From positions 2,261 through 66,260 of the forward strand of contig VBOG01000013.1 of NCBI GenBank assembly GCA_005877815.1: 64,000 nucleotides of DNA. Reading direction: 5' to 3'. Position 1 is the stretch's first letter. Every line of letters starts with the position of its first letter. Shown here piece after piece: positions 28,801 to 37,374 of this stretch. The notes under the pieces are model-generated. The model did not search any database. It was not told the origin of the DNA and saw only the letters and a list, made by a program, of their open reading frames with translations. Both the position numbers and the translations under genes were made by a program. The DNA comes from Nitrospirota bacterium (GTDB lineage: Bacteria; Nitrospirota; Nitrospiria; Nitrospirales; NS-4).

Positions 28801-29907
28801 GATCAACGATGAGGCGGCGATGGATTCGGCGTTTCCCGTCGAGATGATCACCATGAACAGCATCATCAGGAACAACCAGGCCCCCATCGGACCGAATGTC
28901 GCAACGGCCGTGCTCGGGGCGATATCCGTATAGGGAAAGGGAACATTCAGACCGAGGGCTAAGCCGCCGACCCCCAGGGCCGTCCCCACGCCGAACGGAA
29001 TGGCAAACCAGGCGAGCCCGCCGATCAGAAATGAGCGGCCGGCGGCCTCGTCGGACGCGGCGATCGCCCGCTGCCAATACACTTGGTCCAAAAAGACCAT
29101 GCCTAAATTGCCGATGGTGTTCACAACGCCGAACAACAGCGCGGACAGAGAGGCCATCGCCAGATAGTTTGCGCCCTCCCGCGGCGCCAACGCCCGGAGC
29201 CGCTCATAGATCCCCAAATCTCCGTTGAATGTCCAGAAGCCGATCGTCAGCACCAGAGCAATGACGAGAAGGACAGCAACCTGCAGAGCTTCAATAAGGA
29301 TGGACCCGCGCAATCCTCCAAGGAGGCTGTACAAACCGAAGGCGAGGGGAATGACCAGCAGCGAGGTTTGCACTTCCAAGCCGGTCAGCGCGTGAAGGGC
29401 ATGGGCGCCGCCGAGAATCACCATCACGCTCACCAGGACGCTGGTCAGAAGGCCAAGGCACACCATCAGGCGGTGCGAGGGTCCGCCGAACCGGTGCCAT
29501 ACGAATTCGCCGAAGGTGTGGACCATGGGCATCCGGCGTTTCAGATAGATCGCCATAATGGCAAAGAGCAACAGCGGAACGGTCGCCCCGGCGGCATACC
29601 AGTAGGGCCCTGCGATCCCATGTTGATAGCCTTCGGCAGAGGACACCATCAGGGTGGCAGTCCATGTCCAGCATCCGACGATGGACGCGGTGATGATGCC
29701 GGACTTCATGTTGCGACCGGCGGTCAGGAACCATTCCGCCGTTCGCCGGGTCTCGCCAAGGCCTTGGTACCACAGCCATGTCAAGACGAGAAAAAGAACA
29801 CCGAGCGCAGCCAGTAACGCCAGGGTGGCATGAGGCAACAGTAGAGCCTGTAGCTCCAGCGGGGTCGTAAGGTGAGGCGGAACGACAATGGCAATACTCG
29901 CCGGCAT
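25834..29907 (-). CDS. sodium:solute symporter (SLC5/SSS) domain fused to a HAMP-PAS hybrid sensor histidine kinase with C-terminal receiver
   Basis: 1357 aa. An N-terminal part of about 500 aa with about 13 TM helices of SSS type, plus extra TM helices. HAMP (ITNPVRRLAEASGRF...EIGELTNEFNAM), PAS, H-box GGIAHDFNNLLTGILG, ATPase boxes DTGIGMD and GTGLGLAMV, and a receiver VLVVDDEESI...LVILDLTMPKLNG...ILSSGY...KP. Confidence 0.85.
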   Translation of the reverse strand: MPASIAIVVPPHLTTPLELQALLLPHATLALLAALGVLFLVLTWLWYQGLGETRRTAEWFLTAGRNMKSGIITASIVGCWTWTATLMVSSAEGYQHGIAGPYWYAAGATVPLLLFAIMAIYLKRRMPMVHTFGEFVWHRFGGPSHRLMVCLGLLTSVLVSVMVILGGAHALHALTGLEVQTSLLVIPLAFGLYSLLGGLRGSILIEALQVAVLLVIALVLTIGFWTFNGDLGIYERLRALAPREGANYLAMASLSALLFGVVNTIGNLGMVFLDQVYWQRAIAASDEAAGRSFLIGGLAWFAIPFGVGTALGVGGLALGLNVPFPYTDIAPSTAVATFGPMGAWLFLMMLFMVIISTGNAESIAASSLIATDVYKRYLRPDAGDAEILRVARLATLGFILLIGPACLGLHKLDIDMGWLYLAMGIFMSSGVLPLALGLLTDRLTGRGAFWATLGGLIVGLAVWVLSAEAISGAVTVESLGRLGPVTLGNLAVILTSGLICGMDCLRPHTSYSFESLCTAIRSYLVLPVSRSAEPVPQTETLSPPDRRLILWAIGISLFLDGIFPLGLYVSHVQFGPVFFAIWVILTLVWLMTAGGFVVLFPIMDYLQPSSPERLGLRTAKEQKRPSRLSIVTRLFLAFLIVVLTPGVGAMVSLVKLGSMEYLRGVNERILAEEALHEDLVFTLIPRALEKREKHLSDRSVSDFLTERAKVLASSPYTPSQLRALLGPSDSMPYLKFGEKEREILAAGISAAYRAAHLSNLQQISQERREAVMLILVSLIGTLAVGLYLMIRTSVSITNPVRRLAEASGRFSGGDVLVQQVPVETSDEIGELTNEFNAMSTRIREQMAALRAAEERFRLAAEAANDIIYDWSILEGTVELAAATKGLFGYAPGEIGRASDWWMERIHPEDQTGLNAKVRESIRLGHDFLGEYRLRRRDGTYALVLDHGVFINRDSGQSLRMVGTLKDITAEREMELQLRQAQKMEAIGLLGGGIAHDFNNLLTGILGNISLAYTNLETGHPVAQFLRQAEKAGRRAAELTRQLLTFGRRSAYQPALLHLPGHVEEAVALLRRTIDPRIEIQVIDTSSVWAVRADSTQIHQVLMNLCLNARDAMPEGGRMVVETANVIIDAPYCALHRDARPGQFVCLRVSDTGIGMDQETCNHIFDPFFTTKEVGKGTGLGLAMVYGIVKQHEGWMTVNSAPGQGTSFRIYLPALPKAAVEPQIGRHTPSVGPKGSERVLVVDDEESIRNFLSSCLTARGHTVVLASNGEEALKVFNESRERIELVILDLTMPKLNGYQVLRKLREQGHRVPVILSSGYSADGSIQDLIAPDKAQAFIPKPYAPDELLRTIRVVLDRA

Positions 29908-29993
29908 ACCTGCCTCCGGTGCTCGAGCCAGTCGGGAGAATCATAATGATAGATAACCCTAGGGACTTTGGCAAGGAATTGCTGCCGACGTGC

Positions 29994-30389
29994 TTAGGTC
30001 GTGGCTCCGCGCGGCCGTTGGATCAATTCGATCTCGTATCCATCGGGAGCGTCAATGAAGATGAAGCGGCTACCAGACGAACTTGCGGTCGGGCCGTCGG
30101 TGATGCGGACGCTCTGAGCGGTGAGCGCTCGAATCGTCTCTTCGAGGTCATCCACCTCAAACGCGAGGTGCACGAGATCTTCTTGGACCTTGACCGGTCC
30201 GCTTGGGGGAAAACTGGCCAGCTCAATGAGTTCCTCGCTGTTAGGAATCTTTAGAAATGCCAAATGCGACCCGCGCGGAGATGTCTTGCGCTCCACCACT
30301 TCCAGCCCCAACACATCGACATAGAACTTGATGGTCTGATCAATATCGCTGACCCTCATTCTGGTGTGGAGCAGTTTTTTGACGCGCAT
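29994..30389 (-). CDS. gloA: lactoylglutathione lyase-like VOC family protein
   Basis: Aligns with GloA. The four metal ligands are conserved (LHTRMRV, LIELAS, VHLAFEV, YEIELI). GGAAGG lies 6 nt before ATG 30389 (the ORF is open to 30437). Confidence 0.6.
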   Translation of the reverse strand: MRVKKLLHTRMRVSDIDQTIKFYVDVLGLEVVERKTSPRGSHLAFLKIPNSEELIELASFPPSGPVKVQEDLVHLAFEVDDLEETIRALTAQSVRITDGPTASSSGSRFIFIDAPDGYEIELIQRPRGATT

Positions 30390-30481
30390 GAAGGCCTTCC
30401 GATTCGGATTCTCGTTCAAGTCTGAAGAGGGTGTCAAGCCGTGCTACACTTGAGAGTCTGACGATCCACCAGGGAGAGTAC

Positions 30482-31666
30482 ATGCCGGTTGGAGCGGTGA
30501 TCTCACAAGGTCGTGTGCCCGTTAAGGTATGGAGCGAACTGGCCGATGTCGAGCCTCAGGCGCTTGATCAACTGGTCAATACGGCGAACCTCCCGTGCGT
30601 GTTCAAACACATCGCTGTCATGCCGGACGTCCATCTCGGCATCGGGGCGACCATCGGGTCCGTCATTCCGACAAAGAACGCCATCATCCCTGCCGCCGTA
30701 GGCGTGGACATCGGCTGCGGCATGCTGGCCGTGAAAACACAGTTTGATTCGGCCGCCCTTGAAGGCCGCTTGAAAAGGATCCGAGAGAACATCGAGCGCG
30801 CTATCCCCTTGGGACCGTCCCAACATCATTTGCCGCTCAAGGAGGCCGAACGATGGATGGGGTGGAAAGAATTTTCCAACTGTCATCGCGCCGTGCAGGA
30901 GTTGGCCCAGAAGGCCCGGGCCCAACTCGGCACACTCGGCGGCGGCAACCACTTCATCGAGCTCTGCCTGGATACCGAAGACCGCGTGTGGATCATGCTG
31001 CATTCAGGCTCGCGGCATATCGGCAAGACGTTGGCAGAGCGGCATATCCAAGCCGCCAAGGGCCTGCTGAGACAAACCCTCCAGAGTCTGCCCGATCCCA
31101 ACCTCGCGTATCTGGTCAAAGGCACGAGCGAGTTCCAGGCCTACTGGCATGACCTTCAGTGGGCCCAGGCCTATGCGTACGAGAACCGCCAATTGCTGTT
31201 GGACCTGGTTCTGCGCGCCACGGAGAAAGGCCTTGGTGGGCGCGAGGCGGTCGTTCCCGAGTTGGTCGTGAATTGTCATCACAATTACGCCGCGATCGAG
31301 CGGCACTTCGGGGAGAAGGTCTACATCACGCGGAAAGGCGCCGTGAAGGCGGCCCAGGGCGAAATGGGCATCATCCCCGGGTCGATGGGCACCCGGTCCT
31401 TTATCGTGAGGGGCAAGGGAAATGCCGAGGCATTTGATTCATGCTCGCATGGAGCCGGGCGCCGCATGTCGAGGAGCGAAGCGAGGAGAACATTTAGCGC
31501 CGAGGACTTATGCCGCCAGACCGCCGGCGTCGAATGCCGGAAAGACACGGGTGTGGTGGATGAGATTCCGCAAGCGTACAAAGACATTGACGTGGTGATG
31601 CGCCACCAATCCGATTTAGTGGAAGTCGTCGCGGAACTGAAACAGGTGTTGTGCGTGAAGGGGTAA
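30482..31666 (+). CDS. rtcB: RNA-splicing ligase RtcB
   Basis: Motifs PDVHLGIGATIGSV, GVDIGCGM, GGGNHFIEL, HSGSRHIG, NCHHNY and SCSHGAGR. AGGGAGAG lies 5 nt before ATG 30482. Confidence 0.9.
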   Translation: MPVGAVISQGRVPVKVWSELADVEPQALDQLVNTANLPCVFKHIAVMPDVHLGIGATIGSVIPTKNAIIPAAVGVDIGCGMLAVKTQFDSAALEGRLKRIRENIERAIPLGPSQHHLPLKEAERWMGWKEFSNCHRAVQELAQKARAQLGTLGGGNHFIELCLDTEDRVWIMLHSGSRHIGKTLAERHIQAAKGLLRQTLQSLPDPNLAYLVKGTSEFQAYWHDLQWAQAYAYENRQLLLDLVLRATEKGLGGREAVVPELVVNCHHNYAAIERHFGEKVYITRKGAVKAAQGEMGIIPGSMGTRSFIVRGKGNAEAFDSCSHGAGRRMSRSEARRTFSAEDLCRQTAGVECRKDTGVVDEIPQAYKDIDVVMRHQSDLVEVVAELKQVLCVKG

Positions 31667-31690
31667 AGCTAGCAACAACCAAAGCGAACG

Positions 31691-32695
31691 TTAACCGGCC
31701 ACTGTAAGCACAGCCGCGCCGTTGATCGTTCCGGCTTTCAAGGCTTGCAGCGCGGTGTTGGCGTGCTCGAGCGTGAAGAGCTGCGTGTGAGGCCGGATCG
31801 GAATGGCGGCGGCTGCGGCGAGAAGGTCCAAGCCGTCCTGCTTTGTGTTCGCCGTCACGCTCCTGATCGTGCGCTCTCCAAACACGTCACGATCGTAATC
31901 GAGGGCGGGGATCGGTGTCATATGGATGCCCGCTAAGGCCACCGTGCCCCCTCTTCGAAGTGCGCGAAGCGCCGGCGGGACGAGTTCCCCGACCGGAGCG
32001 AACATGATGGCCCCATGCAGCTTCTCGGGCGGCTGCTCATCGGCGCCGCCCACCCATGCTGCGCCCAAATCGCACGCGAGCTGCCGGTGCTCCTCGCGAA
32101 GCGAACACACAAAGACCTTGCAGCCCCAATGCTTCGCGACCTGAATCGTGATGTGAGCCGACGCTCCGAATCCATACAGACCGAGGTTTTCGCCGGGTTT
32201 GACTTCGCTCAACCGCAATGCGCGAAAGCCGATGATGCCGGCGCAGAGCAGCGGCGCAGCCTCCCCGTCCTTAAACAGTGGGGGGATCGGATAGGCGAAG
32301 GCAGCCGGCACGACGGCATACTCCGCATACCCGCCGTCCCACTGATAGCCGGTGAATTGGGCTCGCTCGCAGAGATTTTCCCGTCCGCTGCGGCAGAACT
32401 CACACTGCCCGCATGTGTCGCGAAGCCAGGCGATTCCAATACGATCCCCTTCCTTGACGGTCCGGACGCGCGTCCCCACTCGATCCACCACTCCCACGAC
32501 TTCATGACCGGGTATGAGCGGCCGTTTGGATGGGGGAAGATCGCCTTCGACCACATGGAGATCCGTCCGACACACTCCACACACGTGCACCCTCATCCGT
32601 ACTTCGTCTCGGCCGGGGTCGGGCGCCGGCACATCCTGGAGCGCAAGCGGGTTCCGCCCGACATCGGAAGACTGAGTCAGGACCATCGCTCTCAT
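31691..32695 (-). CDS. zinc-dependent alcohol dehydrogenase
   Basis: GVCRTDLH, GHEVVG, the structural-Zn Cys cluster CGQCEFCRSGRENLC, and GFGASAH. ATG 32695 forms an ATGA overlap with the aminopeptidase stop. Confidence 0.85.
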   Translation of the reverse strand: MRAMVLTQSSDVGRNPLALQDVPAPDPGRDEVRMRVHVCGVCRTDLHVVEGDLPPSKRPLIPGHEVVGVVDRVGTRVRTVKEGDRIGIAWLRDTCGQCEFCRSGRENLCERAQFTGYQWDGGYAEYAVVPAAFAYPIPPLFKDGEAAPLLCAGIIGFRALRLSEVKPGENLGLYGFGASAHITIQVAKHWGCKVFVCSLREEHRQLACDLGAAWVGGADEQPPEKLHGAIMFAPVGELVPPALRALRRGGTVALAGIHMTPIPALDYDRDVFGERTIRSVTANTKQDGLDLLAAAAAIPIRPHTQLFTLEHANTALQALKAGTINGAAVLTVAG

Positions 32696-35268
32696 AGAGG
32701 GATTGAAGCGCGCAGCCATGCCGAGAGAGGCTCCTGTTGCACCCGCCGGAAGACGAGACCCAGGCTCAAAAACTCAAGGGTTTGGGCGAGTGTTCGTTCG
32801 GCTGACTCGATATGATTAGCAGGGTCCCGGAAAAAGTCGTTCACCTCAGAGCGCCATTCGTCGCGCCAAAGATGCTTGGTGCCGGCGATGATGCGTTGAG
32901 CGCCGACCGTCCCGCCTTTCTCTCGAATCGCCGCCCAGTGACCTTTGATAAAGCTCCATGTCGCCGCCTGTGTGGCAGGGTTTGCGAGAAGCTCGCGCAC
33001 CGGCTTCCAGATGTCTTGCCCGCGCACCGCATCGCTGAGGACTAACGCCAGGATATCGGGCGTGACGCGCCGATCGGCAAAGTCCCCGAAGGCCTGAAGG
33101 TAGCGGTCTCGTTCTTCAGGGGCCATCGCCGCCCGGTAACGTTCCACATAACGGGTGAACCGCTCCGGCCCTCCTAATCGCGCTCCCAGGCGAAGCATGG
33201 CCTGGACCAGGGTCGGATCGAGCGAGGCAGGATCGTTCCAATAATGCTCGAGCCATACGGAGATGTTGGAGAGGAGGGCGTGAGACCGGCAAACACTTCC
33301 CATGACCCATAGCGCCGTGGCGCGCATTAGTTTGGGTTCATCGCCTTCATTGGCCCGTCCTTCCCATCCGAGCGCATCGGCCAGGGGCCGAAAGAGTTCC
33401 TCCGCGAATTGTGCAAAACGCGGCCGATCGGGCTCCAATAGTAACCGGTCGTTGAGCGTGCCCAAATACCCTGCCAGGCTTTCGACGACGATTCGGATAC
33501 GATGCGCCCGAAACTTCTCCGCCAGCAGGAGAAAATCGCCGATCGCGACCTCGCCTTTCTGTGTCAGCACCCAGGTATTGTCCAATACGCCAAAGGCCTC
33601 CTCAGGAGCCAGGCTCGAGATCGAGCCCCGGAGGGCCGCCGTCAGCGCGGGATCGTAGCGCGTTCGGTAATACCCCAGTTCGCCGCCATTCGCGCATATC
33701 CAACGAACACCTCCGGCAGCAGGCAATCTGATCTCCTCGTGGCGTTTCTTCATCACAACATACTGCCGGTGCACACCATCCTCATCCTCGTAAGAGATTC
33801 CCAGTGGAATCACCCAGGGACGGGCGTCAGGCGCCGGCGCGCCGGGATCCGCGAGAAAACGAGTTTGCTCGACATGTATCGTGCGGAAGTCGCCGTCCGC
33901 CGCCGTGACCGTCACCATCGGAAACCCCGGGTTTGTGAACCAGGCGTCGGCGATCTCCGGGACAGGCTGCCCTGATGCCTCAGCGAGGGCTTTCCACAAC
34001 GCCGCTGCATCCGCATTCCCATGTTGATGTGCGGCGATGTAGTGCCGGATACCCTCTCGAAACAGACGCTCGCCCAGGAACTGCTCCATCATCCGCAGGA
34101 CCGACGCCCCTTTCTCATACGTCAGCGCATCGAACATCTCCTCCGCCTCGGCCGCCGTCCGCACCTTGGAGCTGATCGGCCTCGTGGACAGGAGAGCATC
34201 CACGGCAAAGGGCACCTGCCGGTCGCGGGCAAATTCTACCCATGACTGCCATTCGGGGCGCCAGTCGTCCACAATTTTACAGGCGAGCCACGTGGCAAAG
34301 GATTCATTGAGCCACAGGTCGTCCCACCACCACATAGTCACCAGATTGCCGAACCACTGATGGACCACCTCGTGGGTGATCACATTGGCCACCCCGCGAA
34401 GCATCATCGCCGAGGCTTTCCCAGGCTCGACGAGCAACCGGTTTTCTCGAAAGAAGATCGCGCCCCAATTCTCCATCGCGCCCATCGCAAAATCCGGGAC
34501 GCCGACAAGGTCCAGCTTGGCCAGGGGATATGTCAGGCCGAAGTAATCATTCAACTGGGGAAGGCATGCCCGCATCACTTCTTGGGAGAAGCCGATCAAC
34601 GCCGTGTTTCCAGGCGTCGTAAAAATGCCGACGCGGGTCCCCGCTATCCGTTCTTCCTCGCCCGTGAGCTTGGCCACGGCCAGCGCGACGAGGTAGGTCG
34701 ACATGCGCGGGGTTTCTTTGAACGTGACGGTCTTTTGACGTTCGGCAGGGTCCTTCGACTCTGTCTCGACCTCCATGTTCGAGAGGACGGCAAGATCCTG
34801 CGGAACGACGGCGGTGATGCGGAACGCAGCTTTGAGGCCGGGTTCGTCAAAACACGGAAACGCCCGGCGCGCATCGGTCGCCTCGAACTGAGTGAAGGCG
34901 TACCGTTCCTCCCCGACCCTCGCCTCATACAAGCCTTTCATTTGCCGGTTGAGCGGACCCGTAAAGGACAGGCCTAAGGTGGAGAGTCCTACCGGCAGTT
35001 CCCGGGGGAACTCCAGCATGAGCGTCTGCGCAATGGGATCGACGGTGATTTTCGAGACGGCCTGTCCGGCCCCTTCGCGAATGATGGACGCCTGAAGGAT
35101 GTCTAACTCGACAGCATGAAGAACGATGACCGAGACGGATTGACGAATCTCAATATGGATGGCCACGGACCCTGAAAACCGGCCTTGTTTCGGGTCGACC
35201 GAAATCGTCAGGTCATATCGCTCCGGCACCACAGAGAGCGGCAACCGACCATCTTGAAGGTTGATCAA
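32692..35268 (-). CDS. M1 family aminopeptidase (aminopeptidase N-like)
   Basis: 858 aa. GAMENWG exopeptidase motif and the HEVVHQWFGNLVTMWWWDDLWLNESFA zinc site (HExxH-x18-E). Confidence 0.92.
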   Translation of the reverse strand: MINLQDGRLPLSVVPERYDLTISVDPKQGRFSGSVAIHIEIRQSVSVIVLHAVELDILQASIIREGAGQAVSKITVDPIAQTLMLEFPRELPVGLSTLGLSFTGPLNRQMKGLYEARVGEERYAFTQFEATDARRAFPCFDEPGLKAAFRITAVVPQDLAVLSNMEVETESKDPAERQKTVTFKETPRMSTYLVALAVAKLTGEEERIAGTRVGIFTTPGNTALIGFSQEVMRACLPQLNDYFGLTYPLAKLDLVGVPDFAMGAMENWGAIFFRENRLLVEPGKASAMMLRGVANVITHEVVHQWFGNLVTMWWWDDLWLNESFATWLACKIVDDWRPEWQSWVEFARDRQVPFAVDALLSTRPISSKVRTAAEAEEMFDALTYEKGASVLRMMEQFLGERLFREGIRHYIAAHQHGNADAAALWKALAEASGQPVPEIADAWFTNPGFPMVTVTAADGDFRTIHVEQTRFLADPGAPAPDARPWVIPLGISYEDEDGVHRQYVVMKKRHEEIRLPAAGGVRWICANGGELGYYRTRYDPALTAALRGSISSLAPEEAFGVLDNTWVLTQKGEVAIGDFLLLAEKFRAHRIRIVVESLAGYLGTLNDRLLLEPDRPRFAQFAEELFRPLADALGWEGRANEGDEPKLMRATALWVMGSVCRSHALLSNISVWLEHYWNDPASLDPTLVQAMLRLGARLGGPERFTRYVERYRAAMAPEERDRYLQAFGDFADRRVTPDILALVLSDAVRGQDIWKPVRELLANPATQAATWSFIKGHWAAIREKGGTVGAQRIIAGTKHLWRDEWRSEVNDFFRDPANHIESAERTLAQTLEFLSLGLVFRRVQQEPLSAWLRASIPL

Positions 35269-35311
35269 AGCGTGTCTCCTTATCTGGCTTAGACCGAGAG
35301 GGGCGTATGAT

Positions 35312-35674
35312 TCATTTTTCGATGTATGCCATCAGCGCTTGGTACGTTAATTCCCGTGTTCTCGCTCTCGAAACGATGTGAGAGGCGACGTGAGACTCCA
35401 GCCATACGGCCTCATTGACGTGAACTCGCGCTTCATTGCAGGTCGTCCACATAAAGTGCAACATGCCTTCCGGAAGTCCCATCTGCGATCCTTCCGATTC
35501 GATGCGATCGTCCAGAATCGCCAGCAGGTCGGAAATCGCATCATCAGAACCATATGGAGTAGACCGGTAGCCGAAGGATTGCTGTGCTCGCTCCTCTTGG
35601 CGAGCTTGCTCGACGAGATCCCACATGTATTGTTTCAACACGCCGATGACGTGGCCGGTCAACCGCATGATCAC
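35312..35674 (-). CDS. hypothetical protein
   Basis: 120-aa ORF with no motif I recognise. Local GC looks slightly lower than the flanks by eye. Confidence 0.4.
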   Translation of the reverse strand: MIMRLTGHVIGVLKQYMWDLVEQARQEERAQQSFGYRSTPYGSDDAISDLLAILDDRIESEGSQMGLPEGMLHFMWTTCNEARVHVNEAVWLESHVASHIVSRARTRELTYQALMAYIEK

Positions 35675-35811
35675 CGCTCCTCAATAGGCTGGCGCCATTA
35701 TCTGGAATTCGATTGCTTCGCGGCAAGCCCGACACAGCGTTGGGAACGACAGTGCGTAATTGACTCGAAGCTGAGTGGTCAGTACATTGGGGCAGGGCCT
35801 TCTACTATGAT

Positions 35812-36087
35812 ATGACGAGACCCGATGCGGAATGGATTGTGGAGGCGCTGCAGGCCGCAGGTCTAGAGGCGCGCATCGTGGGGTCACTTGCCGTCAAGAA
35901 GCAATCCCATCATGACATCGACATTGTCGTCCGTATTGTCGACGATCATACCTACCAAGCCTATTGGCATGCCTTGGAACGACTCGGGCTTCGGTACGAG
36001 AGGACCGATGCGCCGCCTTCAGCTGAAATTTGGGTCGGGCGCAGCCGGGACGGCTCGGTCCTTGTTGTCGATGTCCACCCTGAATAA
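35812..36087 (+). CDS. minimal nucleotidyltransferase (Pol-beta superfamily) domain protein
   Basis: 91 aa. GSLAVKKQSHHDIDIVV fits the hG(S/G)-x9-11-(D/E)hD pattern, and a third acidic residue lies in VLVVDVHP. No Shine-Dalgarno; TATGAT lies directly before the ATG. Confidence 0.5.
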   Translation: MTRPDAEWIVEALQAAGLEARIVGSLAVKKQSHHDIDIVVRIVDDHTYQAYWHALERLGLRYERTDAPPSAEIWVGRSRDGSVLVVDVHPE

Positions 36088-36194
36088 CCAGAACAGCTGA
36101 ATTTCCCTGCTCTTACAAGTGACTGTAGTTAATATATAGGGGATAGCGCGTAGCCTGCCCCCCGAGCCTTCCGAACGGGCGAGAAAAAACAGTT

Positions 36195-36761
36195 TTAATT
36201 CAGGGACTGATCGGGCGGCATCGTCGCATAGAAGCTCATCATGCCGCCCAGCGAGCGAAGGATGAACGGCCACACCTGAGCCGGATCCCTCGCAAAGACA
36301 AGCTTCAAATCCGCCGGCAAAACCAGCCACGACCCCGTCATCAGTTCCGCCTGCAGTTGTCCCGCTGCCCATCCCGCATACCCCATGAAAATGCGCACGA
36401 GGTCGCCATCGTCCTGCGTAGAGAACTGCTCTAGCGCGACAAGGTCGCCGCCGAGACACACGCCGTCAAAAATGGGCTGGGCTTCCGGAATGTTTCCGCT
36501 GACTCGATGCAGGATCAAAAGATTGTCCTTCTGAACCGGTCCGCCGCTGTAGACCAAACCAGTCTTTTCATGCAAGCCCGTCGTGTTCGGCAAAATCTCC
36601 ATTACATGATGTTCAGTGCGCCGATTGACCACCAACCCCAACGATCCTCCGGGTCCGTGCTCGCACAGGAGGACGACAGTTTGACAGAAATTGGGATCTC
36701 TCAGATGAGGGCTGGCCACTAAAAATGCCCCCTTGCTCACCTCTACCTCTTTGACGTCCAT
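36195..36761 (-). CDS. YqgE/AlgH family protein (UPF0301)
   Basis: GAFLVASPHLRDPNFCQTVVLLCEHGPGGSLGLVVNR and GYAGWAAGQL are family signatures. Confidence 0.85.
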   Translation of the reverse strand: MDVKEVEVSKGAFLVASPHLRDPNFCQTVVLLCEHGPGGSLGLVVNRRTEHHVMEILPNTTGLHEKTGLVYSGGPVQKDNLLILHRVSGNIPEAQPIFDGVCLGGDLVALEQFSTQDDGDLVRIFMGYAGWAAGQLQAELMTGSWLVLPADLKLVFARDPAQVWPFILRSLGGMMSFYATMPPDQSLN

Positions 36762-36852
36762 GACTCCTCCAACGCCTCATTTCATTGTACTCCAACCTCC
36801 CTCATACTTTCATCCGTTGACGGCTGGGCTTAGGGGAGGGTAGTCTCGGAGA

Positions 36853-37374
36853 ATGGTCCATCACTCCCAGAAACGTGCTCTTGGGCGGACGGTTGCGGCG
36901 GTGGCCGGGGCGATATGCATCGTCCTGGCCGCTACGACGAGCCCTTCCGCCGCCGAAGAACCCGGGATCACCGTCAAAGATGTCCAGGTTAGGATCGTCG
37001 ATCACGGCATCGTGGTTCTACTCATCGCCGGAGAGCGGTTCATCCCGATCCAAGTCGATGCGACCGTTGCCGGATCCATTCACAGCGCGCTATCAGGCAC
37101 TCCCTCCACCCGCCCGCTGAGCCATGACTTGATGCGGCTGGTCCTTCTCGAACTCGGCGCAAAGGTCACCGGCGCCGTCATCACACTCAAAGAGAACACC
37201 TATTACGGGGACCTCACCATTGTCATGGGAGAGCGCACGTGGATTTTCGACGGCCGGTCGTCGGACGCCATTGCGCTGGCGATCTTGTTCAAAGCTCCGA
37301 TCATCGTCGCCAAACCCACCTGGGACGCGGCGAGTCAGAGTTGGAGCACCAAGCCGAATCGTGAGACGTCATGA
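36853..37374 (+). CDS. bifunctional nuclease (BFN/DUF151) domain protein with N-terminal signal-peptide-like segment
   Basis: The core VVLLIAGERFIPIQVDATVAGSI...TRPLSHDLM...VITLKENTYYGDL...DGRSSDAIALA matches DUF151. The N-terminus GRTVAAVAGAICIVLAATTSPSAAEE is hydrophobic. Confidence 0.7.
   Translation: MVHHSQKRALGRTVAAVAGAICIVLAATTSPSAAEEPGITVKDVQVRIVDHGIVVLLIAGERFIPIQVDATVAGSIHSALSGTPSTRPLSHDLMRLVLLELGAKVTGAVITLKENTYYGDLTIVMGERTWIFDGRSSDAIALAILFKAPIIVAKPTWDAASQSWSTKPNRETS

Noticed and set aside
36088-36194. Intergenic region between the convergent mini-NTase and yqgE genes, with a cccg...cggg hairpin flanked by an A6 run. I considered a small RNA or a bidirectional terminator.
   Set aside because: The stem is only 4 bp. 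The T/A runs are on the wrong side of the stem for either strand, and no conserved RNA motif is recognisable.
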